Positions 10,149 through 20,264 are shown, counted from the first letter of the stretch. The stretch: DNA of 64,000 nt from Limisphaerales bacterium (GCA_965657355.1 CBFHOE010000003.1:373520-437519); one strand, 5' to 3'. Program-made: numbers and translations. Notes: a model not told the origin generated them from the sequence alone.

Positions 10149-10802
10149 ATGGCGATCAGTATATTGTTAGCCGATGATCACAAGGTCATGCGCCAGGGTT
10201 TAGCGGCCATGATTGACAAAGAACCAGGAATGTCAGTGGTAGGACAGGCTTCTGACGGAAGAGCTGCGCTCCAGCTCGTCGAGAAACTGCGCCCCAATGT
10301 GGCCGTCCTTGATCTCATGATGCCAACACTTAATGGAGTCGAGGCTACACGTCAGATTATTGAGCACTGTCCGCATACACGGCCGCTAATGCTGACAATG
10401 AATGATGATCAGCGATCTGTTTCCAGGGCTATTGAAGCTGGTGCCTGCGGGTTCGTTGTTAAGGACAATGCCTTTGACGAGGTTGTTAAGGCTATTCAAA
10501 CAGTGGCATCAGGCCAAGTTTATCTCAGTCCATCTATTGCGGGCGGAGTCGTAAGTGGGTTTCGCAGGAAAACAATTTCACCGCAAGCCCAACAAGACAA
10601 CAACTTCGATCTTTCTTCGCGTGAGCTTGAGGTGCTTCAGTTGCTGGCTGAAGGTCATACTACCAAAGAAACCGCCAGCCTTCTTGGGGTCAGTCCTAAG
10701 ACTATCGAGAGTCACCGACTAAAACTCTTCAAGAAACTCAACGTTAGCAATGCGGTTCAACTTGCGAGGTATGCCATCAGGGAAGGTATCATCCCGCCGT
10801 GA
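10149..10802 (+). CDS. NarL/LuxR-family DNA-binding response regulator (no cognate kinase in window)
   Basis: LLADDH, LDLMMPTLNG receiver motifs; LSSRELEVLQLLAEG...SPKTIESHR LuxR HTH. Confidence 0.93.
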   Translation: MAISILLADDHKVMRQGLAAMIDKEPGMSVVGQASDGRAALQLVEKLRPNVAVLDLMMPTLNGVEATRQIIEHCPHTRPLMLTMNDDQRSVSRAIEAGACGFVVKDNAFDEVVKAIQTVASGQVYLSPSIAGGVVSGFRRKTISPQAQQDNNFDLSSRELEVLQLLAEGHTTKETASLLGVSPKTIESHRLKLFKKLNVSNAVQLARYAIREGIIPP

Positions 10803-10899
10803 TTGGTATTTGGTCCCCTTCATACGCTTCATTTATCCCATTAAAAAACGTATCTGAATATCTTGCGTAATCTGATCGTTCCTTGACTTAAATAGCCAC

Positions 10900-12108
10900 C
10901 TATTGATTTACGATCTCGGTCATTTTGAAGATCGGTAGGAACATGGCAAGAACAATGCCCCCTATTGTCACGCCCAAGAAGACAATGAGCATTGGCTCAA
11001 TCAGTGAACTCAGCCCGGATAGGGTGGTCTCGACTTCGTCGTCTAAAACATTCGCGACTCGTTCCATCATTTCATCGATCTTACCTGTCTGCTCGCCTGC
11101 AGTCACCATTTGTAGGGTCATGGTAGGAAATATTGAATTCTTTGCTAAAGAAGACGAAAGAGATTCGCCGATCCTTACTTTTTCAGCAGTTCTCAAAATA
11201 GCTGATTCCATTTTCACATTGCCTACGGTTCTCGAAACTATTTCCAAGACCTCGATTAAGGGAACCCCAGATTTAACCAGAGTTGACGTCGTTCTATTAA
11301 ATCGTGACAGGCTGACTTTATGCATCAATGGCCCAAAAATAGGTATTTTTAATCGAGCTGCATCCCAGAGTGCCCTACCAGTAGGTGTTTTGATTGCCAA
11401 TTTGAATCCTGCAATGAGTCCAATAAGGAGGAAAAAGAGACCAAATATATTGGATTTCAGGAACCCACTTACATCTAGCAAAATTTGAGTGGGTGCGGGT
11501 AGATCCGCTCCAAATCCCGCAAAGATTTTTTCGAATTGAGGCACGACTTGAACTAACAAGAAAGTTGTTATAATGAGAGCGATCGAAATCACAATAACAG
11601 GATATGTTGTAGCCGATTTGACCTTTTTTCTCAGCCTTTCAGCACTTTCGAGGTAGTTGGCCAATCTTGCTAGGATATTGGCAAGATTCCCACTTTTCTC
11701 TCCTGCTTCCACCATCGCCATATAAAGTTTAGTAAAATGTTTCCTATAAGACTGCAGGGCTTCTGAGAAAGTAGATCCCGACTCAATCTTTGAGGTGATT
11801 CCTTCGATGACTTTTTTCAAATATTTATTATTTGTTTGCTCAGATAGTCCCTGGAGCGAGACGATGAGAGAAAGTCCAGAATCGATCATTGTTGCGAGCT
11901 GTCGGGTAAAAAGGCTGAGCTCACTTGCTGAAATTGTGCCAGTTGCCTTTGCTGCCGCTTCGGCGGCTTTGCTCTCCTCGATCTCTATGACCAAGAGGTC
12001 GCGCTTCAAGAGTTCGGCTATAGCTGTCTGCTTATTGTCCGCAACAATCACTTTTGTGAATTCGCGGCCACTCATTGAGTCACGTGCTGTGTAATAGAAT
12101 GTCGACAT
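10900..12108 (-). CDS. pilC: Type II secretion / type IV pilus platform protein (PilC/GspF family)
   Basis: FTRQLATMIDSGL, MVEAGEKSGNL, YPVIVI, AGEQTGKID, LIEPMLIVFLG...AMFLPIF. Confidence 0.88.
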   Translation of the reverse strand: MSTFYYTARDSMSGREFTKVIVADNKQTAIAELLKRDLLVIEIEESKAAEAAAKATGTISASELSLFTRQLATMIDSGLSLIVSLQGLSEQTNNKYLKKVIEGITSKIESGSTFSEALQSYRKHFTKLYMAMVEAGEKSGNLANILARLANYLESAERLRKKVKSATTYPVIVISIALIITTFLLVQVVPQFEKIFAGFGADLPAPTQILLDVSGFLKSNIFGLFFLLIGLIAGFKLAIKTPTGRALWDAARLKIPIFGPLMHKVSLSRFNRTTSTLVKSGVPLIEVLEIVSRTVGNVKMESAILRTAEKVRIGESLSSSLAKNSIFPTMTLQMVTAGEQTGKIDEMMERVANVLDDEVETTLSGLSSLIEPMLIVFLGVTIGGIVLAMFLPIFKMTEIVNQ

Positions 12109-12137
12109 AGACCAATTGTATAATGATCAACACTTTA

Positions 12138-12164
12138 CAATCGGCATATGAAGAACATTCCTTA
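12138..12164 (-). promoter_or_regulatory. Putative sigma-28 (FliA/WhiG-type) promoter for the pilC-like gene
   Basis: Minus strand TAAG-N15-GCCGATTG versus consensus TAAA-N15-GCCGATAA; ends 30 nt upstream of the ATG at 12108. Confidence 0.6.
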
Positions 12165-12186
12165 AGACCCCGTTGCCGGGGATCTT
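12164..12186 (-). terminator. GC-rich hairpin downstream of ffh (possible terminator, no U tract)
   Basis: Minus strand AAGATCCCCG-GCAA-CGGGGTCTT with a GCAA tetraloop. Confidence 0.4.
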
Positions 12187-12222
12187 CCTTCTTCAGAATT
12201 CAAAATCCTCTAGCAGATAGGT

Positions 12223-13569
12223 CTATCTTTTGAGCATGCCCGGAACCCCACCACCCATTTTTGACATCATCTTCTGAAATTTGCCCATTTGTTTCATCAT
12301 TTTCTGCATCTGAACGAACTCTTTCAGCATATTATTGAGCTTAGTAACGCTTGTGCCAGACCCTTTGGCTATTCTTTGCTTTCTCTTGGCATTCAAGATT
12401 TTTGGATTGAGGCGTTCTTTTGGCGTCATAGAACAAATCATTGCCTCCATATGCTTCAAATCTTTCTCCGCTTTATCAATGTCCTTTTGCTGGACGTTGT
12501 TTGCCGCCCCGGGAAGCATGTTCACAACTGATTCCAATGAGCCTAATTTTTTCATCTGCTGCAATTGCTCTAAGAAATCTTCCATCGTGAAGACGCCTTT
12601 TCGCATCTTTGCTTCCATTTTTTTGGCTTGCTCTTCATCCACTGCTTCAGCAGCTTTTTCAACCAAGCTGACGACATCCCCCATTCCCAAAATTCGACCT
12701 GCGATTCTTTCTGGATGGAAGGGTTCAAAGGCTTCCAGTTTTTCCCCGGTTCCTGCAAATTTTATGGGTTTCCCCGTCACGGCTTTCATACTTAAGGCCG
12801 CCCCGCCTCGAGCATCACCATCTAATTTTGTGAGTACGCAACCTGTAATGGATAACGCTTCATCAAAATGAGTTGCCACATTTACAGCCTCCTGTCCTGT
12901 GGCAGCATCAAGAACGAGCATTATCTCATGGGGGCTTACCTCTTTTTTGAGTCTTACCAACTCTTGAACTAAATCCTGATCAATCTGGAGTCGGCCAGCG
13001 GTATCATAGATTATGACGTCAGCTGAAGCTTCCTCTGCTGCTTTTTTAGCCTTTTTTGCGATCTTGATGACGTCAGTTTCACCCTTCATGACATGGACTG
13101 GGACATCTATTTGTTCCCCTAGAGTCTGCAGTTGGTCCATGGCAGCAGGGCGATAGACATCAGCAGCTACAAGCATTGGCCGCTTACCCTCTTTTTGCAG
13201 AAGTTTGGCTAATTTGCCACTCGACGTTGTTTTTCCCGAACCATGCAGGCCCACCATCATCAGAACCGTTGGCCCTTTTTTAGAGATTTGAAGGGCACTA
13301 TGCTCAGATCCCAGCAAATTCACCATCTCGTCATTGATTATTTTGATAATCTGCTGGCCTGGCTGGATGCTTTGAATGACCTTCTCACCAATCGCTTTTT
13401 CCTTAACACTATTTATGAACTGCTTGACTACCTTGAAGTTGACATCAGCCTCCAAAAGAGACAGGCGAACCTCACGCAGTGCATCACTCACGTTGGAGTC
13501 ATTTATTTTGCCATGACCCCTTAAATTTTTGAATACTTCCTGGAATTTGCCGCTAAGCGAATCAAACAT
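12223..13569 (-). CDS. ffh: Signal recognition particle protein Ffh
   Basis: LLEADVN, GLHGSGKTT, DVYRPAA, DTAGR, TKLDGDARGGAALS, Met-rich M domain. Confidence 0.97.
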   Translation of the reverse strand: MFDSLSGKFQEVFKNLRGHGKINDSNVSDALREVRLSLLEADVNFKVVKQFINSVKEKAIGEKVIQSIQPGQQIIKIINDEMVNLLGSEHSALQISKKGPTVLMMVGLHGSGKTTSSGKLAKLLQKEGKRPMLVAADVYRPAAMDQLQTLGEQIDVPVHVMKGETDVIKIAKKAKKAAEEASADVIIYDTAGRLQIDQDLVQELVRLKKEVSPHEIMLVLDAATGQEAVNVATHFDEALSITGCVLTKLDGDARGGAALSMKAVTGKPIKFAGTGEKLEAFEPFHPERIAGRILGMGDVVSLVEKAAEAVDEEQAKKMEAKMRKGVFTMEDFLEQLQQMKKLGSLESVVNMLPGAANNVQQKDIDKAEKDLKHMEAMICSMTPKERLNPKILNAKRKQRIAKGSGTSVTKLNNMLKEFVQMQKMMKQMGKFQKMMSKMGGGVPGMLKR

Positions 13570-13597
13570 AGTGTCACTTTAGTTGGTATCTTTTCCG

Positions 13598-13626
13598 TTG
13601 ACAAGCTTGACGAACAGTGCCATTTT
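13598..13626 (+). promoter_or_regulatory. Putative sigma-70 promoter for tRNA-Tyr
   Basis: TTGACA-N17-CATTTT with a TG extended -10 motif, about 25 nt upstream of the tRNA. Confidence 0.55.
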
Positions 13627-13650
13627 CGTCGGCCCTTTAGTTGTATTTAA

Positions 13651-13735
13651 GGTAGGATACCCAAGTGGCCAACGGGGGGAGACTGTAAATCTTCTGGCTT
13701 AGCCTTCGCAGGTTCGAATCCTGCTCCTACCACCA
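13651..13735 (+). tRNA. tRNA-Tyr (GTA), CCA encoded
   Basis: Acceptor GGTAGGA/TCCTACC + A + CCA; anticodon arm GGAGA-CTGTAAA-TCTTC; long variable arm; T arm GCAGG-TTCGAAT-CCTGC. Confidence 0.96.
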
Positions 13736-13766
13736 CCTATCTTCTAAGGAAACCTCAACAGGCCCA

Positions 13767-14264
13767 ATGCTTTCTTGCGTTTCTTCGAATTCGGGTCAAA
13801 ATCTAAAAGCTAATTTAAAACCAAAAATTCCAGTCAAAGCTGGAAGAAAAGGTCCGATGCCGAAATTTCTACTGACAATAGGTAGAAAACCAAATCATGT
13901 CATGGTCTATCAAACTGGATCAGGGAGGTTTTTAGTTAAGTGGAAACAAGTAGGCAAGTGGAAAACTACAACAAAGGCCACTCTTAAAGACGCTCAAAAT
14001 TTTGCTCAGCCCATCAGTGATAAAAAGAAAGTAGACGCATTACCTGCAACAATACCTAAGCAGTCCGAGGTCCAAATTCTGAATGAGATTAAGACTCAAA
14101 CAAAGAGGCTTGGAGTAACTGTAATAGCTGCATTTGAAGAGTATAAAAATGCCAAAGAAATCCTACCAGAGGGATACTCACTGGTTGATGCAGCAAAAGC
14201 TTTAAAAGAAAAGATCAGGACAAGAGTTTTATTCCAAAATATCGGACGATTTATCCAGGTATAA
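13767..14264 (+). pseudogene. Probable truncated N-terminal region of a tyrosine integrase
   Basis: Starts right after the tRNA 3' end; basic arm-binding-like segment (VYQTGSGRFLVKWK...KATLKDAQNFA) and helical LGVTVIAAFEEY...SLVDAA; no R-H-x-x-R-Y catalytic domain. Confidence 0.4.
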
Positions 14265-14423
14265 ATTAGGGTATCGAATCGATTTTGATTCACATTTCAA
14301 CTTTAAAAAGAGTGAGACCGGTAATCAGGCTTATCAATGATCAATTCCAAAATTTAAAATAGACGACTGGCAGCCCAAGGCATGAAGGAGAATTACATTT
14401 GCGCATAGATTTACTGATACAAT

Positions 14424-14645
14424 TTAATATGTGCCAATGTAGTGTGGGCCTTTCAATTTTATCTTCATGGATTTAAAGAAGACCGTCTCTGGATTTTTCC
14501 CAGTAACCGATAGCATTATGCCAGCCTTCACCAAATTGGTGTTGTGATGATGGGGTAAACCATTTTGATTTGGCAAGACTTCCGGTGGACTGTTTTCAAA
14601 AGCCGGCCGATCATATCGAAATAGGCGATCAATTCGTTTTGGCAT
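14424..14645 (-). CDS. Small hypothetical protein or gene fragment
   Basis: ATG-started 73-aa ORF filling a gap in the post-tRNA region; no recognisable motif. Confidence 0.25.
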   Translation of the reverse strand: MPKRIDRLFRYDRPAFENSPPEVLPNQNGLPHHHNTNLVKAGIMLSVTGKNPETVFFKSMKIKLKGPHYIGTY

Positions 14646-14824
14646 TCATTAGAATTGTGTATGTAGGCAAGATTCGCACCTCATAAATATAAACAGTTGC
14701 TTTTTATCTTGGACACATGTTGTGTCTGGAGCTAGCTTTACGTCATTTGACGCATTCTGATTTATCGGCTTCTCGTAACCCACATATTTACATGAAATAT
14801 TTTTCTTCCATGCGACCTAGCAAA

Positions 14825-16717
14825 ATGAAACTAGCTCATTTTGCACTCTGCTATTTATTTGCTCAGGTTATCTTTGCGCAAACTGTTCCGGTAAAAACAA
14901 TTGTAGGTGGGGAAGATGCAGGGCGCGATTCATGGCCTTTTATTGTTTCTTTAAATACCAAGGGAGCAAATGACCCATTTGAAGGGCACTTTTGTGGAGG
15001 GGCATTGATAGGCCCTCAGTGGGTATTAACCGCTTCGCATTGTCTGACTCAAGAGAACCCAGCAAGCTTCGACGTCATTATTGGGGCATATGACCTACAA
15101 TCTGATCAACCCGATTCCTATCGTCGCATCGGCGTATCGGAGATATATCTACACCCTGCATATGAAACTGGAATTAACTTAGGAATTGATGGCGATATCG
15201 CTCTTATAAGACTTAAAGAGCCGGTATACGATGTTGAGCCGGTCTCCTTGGTATATGATTCTTCATACACCCGCCCCGGGACCTTGTCTAGAGTTGCTGG
15301 TTGGGGGTTGCTTATGGATGAGGGCGAGCCGTCCCCGGTCCTGCAAGAAGTCGTGCTTCCCATCGTGAGTTCAGAAACCGTCAATGCCTCAGGAGCTTAT
15401 GATTCTGATTTAACCCAAGATATGTTGGCCGCTGGATTAAAACAGGGAGGTATAGATTCCTGCCAAGGCGACAGCGGAGGACCCTTAATAGTCCCGATAG
15501 GAGAAACTGGAAAATGGGCTGTCGCTGGAGTTGTGAGCTTCGGCTCCGAGGCTGGATGTGCTGCCCCCGATGCGTACGGTGTCTATGCCAGGGTTAGTTA
15601 TTTTCATCATGATTTAATACAATTGATCTATTCAGACTATGCAAAGTGGGCACATCAATATGGAGTCTCTGGTCTCTACAGCGATGACGATAAGGATTCT
15701 ATAAATACTTTTACTGAATTTGCTTTTGGTTTGAATCCTTTGAATAAAGACCTGATTTTTTCGCCTATTCAGGTTGAAGTATTAGGTGAGCAGAAGGAAG
15801 CCCAAAAGGTTCAGTTGAGATATAATAAACTCCGAGGGAATTCGTCAGTTGATTATATTGTTTCTCAATCCAAGGATTTAAATGAATGGACAATAATTCC
15901 TGACTCACAGTTTAAGCCAAGTGGCAACGAGAGTTGGATGGAGTTAGCTTCTCCCCAAATATTAGGTGACTCATCTCAATTTTACCGGATCGACGCGCGG
16001 CCCGCCGTCACCACCTCTTTGCCCGAATACTTTCCTGGGCCCATTCGGTTTTCTGGGTATCTTGGTTCACCACGAAAATTTAATATTGGCCCATTTTCTG
16101 AGGAAGAGGAGATTATTGTTCAGCTTATTGTTGAGAATCAGGATAGCCGGCCTAGCCTGGAAATTGTTGAGGTGGGAAGCGGTCTTAAAATAATCTCAAC
16201 TTCGGATTCTGAGGGCATGGAAATAAAGGATTCCTTCACCCCTAAACCCAACACGGAGTATGCAATAACTGTTAGTTCTCTCAAAAATTCTGATAACGGT
16301 GTCTTTTATTTTAATCTTCCGCCCATTGATTTAGAAGATGACTGGGGTGGTGAATTTCAATACCCGGAGCTTTCACCTGGTGATGAAATCACAGCAGAAC
16401 TATCCGATGAAGATATACTTTTCGAAGGCTATTTTGAAGACACCTACTTGTTAGCTGATATTAGTCGTGGTCAAAGAATTAAATTGACCATGTCTGCGCA
16501 TCACGAAAATCCAGACCTTCTTACATTTCTCTATGTCATGGATAGTTTGGAATTTGAGGCTATTGCCTCCACTGAAGGCCAGTCCGCTTCGGAAGTCTCT
16601 GTAACGATCGATATTCAAGAAAACAAAAATTACCTCATCATCGCTGGTAACTCAGACGAAGGTCAAAAAGGAAAATACCATTTAAAAGTTGAAAATATAA
16701 CAAACAATTTAAATTAA
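14825..16717 (+). CDS. Secreted trypsin-like S1 serine protease with internal FYR module and C-terminal PPC-like domains
   Basis: Signal peptide from the likely start MKLAHF (14825); IVGG mature N-terminus; triad motifs TASHC, GDIALI, DSCQGDSGGP; acidic C-terminal beta domains. Confidence 0.9.
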   Translation: MKLAHFALCYLFAQVIFAQTVPVKTIVGGEDAGRDSWPFIVSLNTKGANDPFEGHFCGGALIGPQWVLTASHCLTQENPASFDVIIGAYDLQSDQPDSYRRIGVSEIYLHPAYETGINLGIDGDIALIRLKEPVYDVEPVSLVYDSSYTRPGTLSRVAGWGLLMDEGEPSPVLQEVVLPIVSSETVNASGAYDSDLTQDMLAAGLKQGGIDSCQGDSGGPLIVPIGETGKWAVAGVVSFGSEAGCAAPDAYGVYARVSYFHHDLIQLIYSDYAKWAHQYGVSGLYSDDDKDSINTFTEFAFGLNPLNKDLIFSPIQVEVLGEQKEAQKVQLRYNKLRGNSSVDYIVSQSKDLNEWTIIPDSQFKPSGNESWMELASPQILGDSSQFYRIDARPAVTTSLPEYFPGPIRFSGYLGSPRKFNIGPFSEEEEIIVQLIVENQDSRPSLEIVEVGSGLKIISTSDSEGMEIKDSFTPKPNTEYAITVSSLKNSDNGVFYFNLPPIDLEDDWGGEFQYPELSPGDEITAELSDEDILFEGYFEDTYLLADISRGQRIKLTMSAHHENPDLLTFLYVMDSLEFEAIASTEGQSASEVSVTIDIQENKNYLIIAGNSDEGQKGKYHLKVENITNNLN

Positions 16718-16870
16718 TCTCATCATCGTTAAATTTATTAATGTCTATAAAATAAAAGGTGCTTCTTTTTCATTTTTTGTAAAAGACATTATTCTCATAC
16801 GATCTTGTATCTGGAATTATCACTTGCTCAAATTTTACTTACATTAAAACGCCCCACTTGTTATGGAATT

Positions 16871-16893
16871 GGTTCAAACTCCCGCCGGGCGCA
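16871..16893 (+). other. tRNA 3'-half-like remnant (possible att site)
   Basis: GGTTCAAACT-CCCGC-CGGGCGC-A fits T-loop + 5-nt T-stem + 7-nt acceptor strand + discriminator; no 5' half present. Confidence 0.35.
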
Positions 16894-17264
16894 GCTTGAA
16901 GGCGTGGCGTGACACTTGAGTTACCTCTGATAATTCTCTTTTTTTCAGAGGAGACTAGTCGTTGGTTAGCATCATGCTTATCGATTTTTCGAATCGACAA
17001 CACAAAATATCTTTGGTGGTTATTTTTCTATCTCAGGTGGCATGGTTTTCGATAAACAGCCTTAAAAAGTTTCACATTCGAAATTCTTTGACAAATACAC
17101 AGAACTCAACAGCCTTCGTCATCAGCAGAACACTTAGCTTTTTTTTCCTGCAGGTTATCACCTCAATTTATTAAAAAATTGTATTCATTATCCTACCTCA
17201 AGGGTAGAAATTATCGTTTGGATTGGTATTTTTTTTTTGGTTTTAGTTAAGATATATTCAGGAT

Positions 17265-20144
17265 ATGAGGAAAACTATGAAAGTGCTTTTAAGATTTTTT
17301 TCCATAATACTCGGCCCAGCATTGATGGCCAACCCGCTGACTCCTGAAGAGGAAAAAGCGACTTTTCAGTTTGCGGATCCAGAAATGAGAATTCAGCTGG
17401 TGGCATCCGAGCCTGACATTAAAAGTCCTGTTGCCATGGCATGGGGGCTGGAGGGGGAAATATATGTGGCTGAGATGCCCGGATATCCTTTGCGAGAAAA
17501 TTCGGGAGTTATTAAACGACTGACTGATGAGGATGGAGACGGGACGTATAAACAAGCGACTATTTTTGCCAGGGGACTTCAGTTCCCAAATTCTGTGATG
17601 TTGTTTAAAGGAGGTCTTCTCGTTTGTGATGCTCCCGATATTCTCTTTTTGAAAGATACTAATGGGGATGGCGTTGCTGATAAAAAAGAGGTTATATGGT
17701 CCGGATTTAAGCCTGGTAATCACCAGCTTCGAGTAAACAGTCTTTATTGGGGCTTGGATAACTGGATTTATGGAGCTAATGGAAGAAGTGGTGGGATAGC
17801 AAAGCGGGCAGGCTCCGATGTGGGCGTCTCCATAAATTTTCATGACCTTCGATTCGACCATGAATTATCGACTATTGAGCCCGTCTCTGGCTATAGCCAA
17901 TACGGATTGGCTCAAGATAATTGGGGAAATCGATTTATCACACTTAATCACCGGTTTGCCAGGCAGGTCGTCTTAGAAAAAAGCCACATGGATAGAAACC
18001 CTGAAATAGTTAATTTCGCTATTCACGATACCTACCAAACAGAGCATGATCGCAAGGTACACACTCTTTTACCCAAAACAATGCGATTCAATACGGATCC
18101 CGTGGGATATTTCACCTCACTCTCAGGTTTGACCGCCTATCGAGGCGTGTCTTTGGGGCCAAGCTACAATGGGAGTTTTTTCGCTGGTGAGTCGGTTCAG
18201 AATTGCGTCATTCAAAGAAGAATGATCCGTAAAGGAATGGTTTTTACAGCTGAAAATATGTTTAAAGACAAGGAATTTTTAGCCTCAAGTGATGGATGGT
18301 TCCATCCTGTAAACTTTTCAAATGGGCCAGATGGGGCCCTCTATCTTGTTGACTTCTATAGGCGCTTTGTGGAACACCCGCAGTGGGCATACGATGAACT
18401 CTCTCAAGGTATTGATTGGAATGAAGGCGAGCCTCACGGTAGAATTTGGAGGGTCTATCACAAAGATCATGAGGGCAATTCCACAGACCGGTTTCCGAGT
18501 CTTAAAGACGCCTCAACCGCGAGATTAGTCCAACATCTTGAAAATCCTTCATCTTGGGTGAGAGATACAGCGCAGAGACTTCTTGTTGAACAAGGGCGCC
18601 TGAAATCGACCACCGATAATGTCGCAAAAATCCTCAAAGGCACTAATATATTGGCCAAGATCCACTTACTATGGGCGCTTGACGGAGTCGGAGATTTGAA
18701 ACCAGGAATACTTGTTTCTGCATTAAATGATTCCAGTATGGAGGTCCAAGCTCAGGCAATTAAGATATCTCAAGATAAACTAAATTTTTCCACCGAACTT
18801 GCGGATGAGGTTATCAAATTGACGAATAATTCAGATGAGTTAGTACGGGTCAATGCGATACTTTCGCTTGTTGATGTGGACTATCAAGATTTATTGTCCC
18901 CTTTTATATCAGCCGCTATCAACTACAAAGATCCTTGGACCAGAGTAGCATTGATGAGCAGCGTATCTCATTGGACCCCACAATTCGTCAATGCTCTTTC
19001 GAAGCATGATTCATTATTTTATTCAAAAAATTCAGATGATTTAATTTTTCTCTCTCGTCTCGGAAGAATGGTTGCCAGAAGCTTGGACGAGGCTCCACTC
19101 AAAACGAAAATTAAAGAACTGGATCGAAATCAAAAACTTGAGTTCTCGCAATGGGCCCTACTGGGTGGATACCTCTCGGTGTCGGATTTTAATCATAATC
19201 AAAAACTTGAATTTTCTGAGAGGCTTTACAAACAAGCACGACACCTTATCGAAGGGTTTGAATCCACTCCTGTGCAAGTCATCGATGCGGCATTCAGATT
19301 GCTAGAGGTTTCTAAAAATTCAAAGGTGAACTATTCGTTTTTGGATGAATTACTCAAATCCAAATCGGAAATGATTCAGGAGAAAGTCGTCCAATTAATC
19401 GCGCGCCAAAACGTGCGAGACAATTGTAACTACCTTTTTGGTTCATTAGAATTAAGGCCCAACAACATCAGAAAGTTGGCCATGCAAAATGCCATGATGT
19501 CATTGGAGATGGCGCATTCTCTATTAGATGCAGTAAAAAAAGATTCACTTAGCGGGAATGAAATCCCAGAGGAAATAAGAAGAGGGCTCATCAATCATCC
19601 TGATTCTCAATTGAAGAAAAAAGCAAAGTTAGTCCTAGCGGATCTCATAAATCCTGATCGTCAAAAGGTAATAGACAAGTATCAGAAAGCCATTATCAAT
19701 AAGCCGATTGACATAAAAGTTGGGGCAAAAGTTTTTTCGCAACAATGTATACACTGCCATTCTATAAAAGGCGTGGGTAGTCAATTTGCCCCGGATTTAA
19801 CCAGCTTGGGCTCTCGAGATGACGAATTTCTTTTAACAAGTATCTTAGACCCTCGACGATTTGTTTCCTATGAACTCAAATTACATGTCATCACCACGAA
19901 AGATGGGAGAACTTATGCCGGTATCATTTCTACTGAGTCCACCGATAGTAAGACAATAAGGCAGCCCAATGGGAAAACGGTCCAAATCCTGAGACGCAAT
20001 ATTGAGAAAGAAACTGGAACACAGCAATCGATTATGCCTGAAGGGTTCGAACATCTTATTAATCCCGATCAAATGGCCAGCCTAATGGGATTTATTCGTC
20101 AGCCAGATACCCAATACCTTACTAAGACCGCGAGTAATCAGTGA
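17265..20144 (+). CDS. PVC-type heme-binding CxxCH protein (propeller dehydrogenase-like + HEAT-like + cytochrome c)
   Basis: LVASEPDIKSPVAMAW, DTNGDGVAD, WGLDNWIY, FHPVN...GPDGALYLVD, CIHCH heme motif, SIMPEGF. Confidence 0.9.
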   Translation: MRKTMKVLLRFFSIILGPALMANPLTPEEEKATFQFADPEMRIQLVASEPDIKSPVAMAWGLEGEIYVAEMPGYPLRENSGVIKRLTDEDGDGTYKQATIFARGLQFPNSVMLFKGGLLVCDAPDILFLKDTNGDGVADKKEVIWSGFKPGNHQLRVNSLYWGLDNWIYGANGRSGGIAKRAGSDVGVSINFHDLRFDHELSTIEPVSGYSQYGLAQDNWGNRFITLNHRFARQVVLEKSHMDRNPEIVNFAIHDTYQTEHDRKVHTLLPKTMRFNTDPVGYFTSLSGLTAYRGVSLGPSYNGSFFAGESVQNCVIQRRMIRKGMVFTAENMFKDKEFLASSDGWFHPVNFSNGPDGALYLVDFYRRFVEHPQWAYDELSQGIDWNEGEPHGRIWRVYHKDHEGNSTDRFPSLKDASTARLVQHLENPSSWVRDTAQRLLVEQGRLKSTTDNVAKILKGTNILAKIHLLWALDGVGDLKPGILVSALNDSSMEVQAQAIKISQDKLNFSTELADEVIKLTNNSDELVRVNAILSLVDVDYQDLLSPFISAAINYKDPWTRVALMSSVSHWTPQFVNALSKHDSLFYSKNSDDLIFLSRLGRMVARSLDEAPLKTKIKELDRNQKLEFSQWALLGGYLSVSDFNHNQKLEFSERLYKQARHLIEGFESTPVQVIDAAFRLLEVSKNSKVNYSFLDELLKSKSEMIQEKVVQLIARQNVRDNCNYLFGSLELRPNNIRKLAMQNAMMSLEMAHSLLDAVKKDSLSGNEIPEEIRRGLINHPDSQLKKKAKLVLADLINPDRQKVIDKYQKAIINKPIDIKVGAKVFSQQCIHCHSIKGVGSQFAPDLTSLGSRDDEFLLTSILDPRRFVSYELKLHVITTKDGRTYAGIISTESTDSKTIRQPNGKTVQILRRNIEKETGTQQSIMPEGFEHLINPDQMASLMGFIRQPDTQYLTKTASNQ

Positions 20145-20231
20145 GCTCAATTCGTCAAATCGGTTTCGAGTCAAAGTTTTAAAGCCTCTGAATTTTAAAT
20201 TAATCTGGGAAAAAGATACCTCGCTTTTGCT

Positions 20232-20264
20232 AAAAAAACCCCGGGTCATGCGACCCGGGGTTTT
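20232..20264. terminator. Bidirectional intrinsic terminator between convergent genes
   Basis: AAAAAAA-CCCCGGGTC-ATGC-GACCCGGGG-TTTT. Confidence 0.88.

Noticed and set aside
10925..12871. Long plus-strand ORFs (187 aa, 178 aa and others)
   Set aside because: Antisense shadows of pilC and ffh
7905..13735. Functional clustering of tyrS with tRNA-Tyr
   Set aside because: Separated by four unrelated genes in mixed orientation; no shared regulatory element seen
17289..17861. 190-aa minus-strand ORF
   Set aside because: Antisense to the CxxCH protein; no recognisable features
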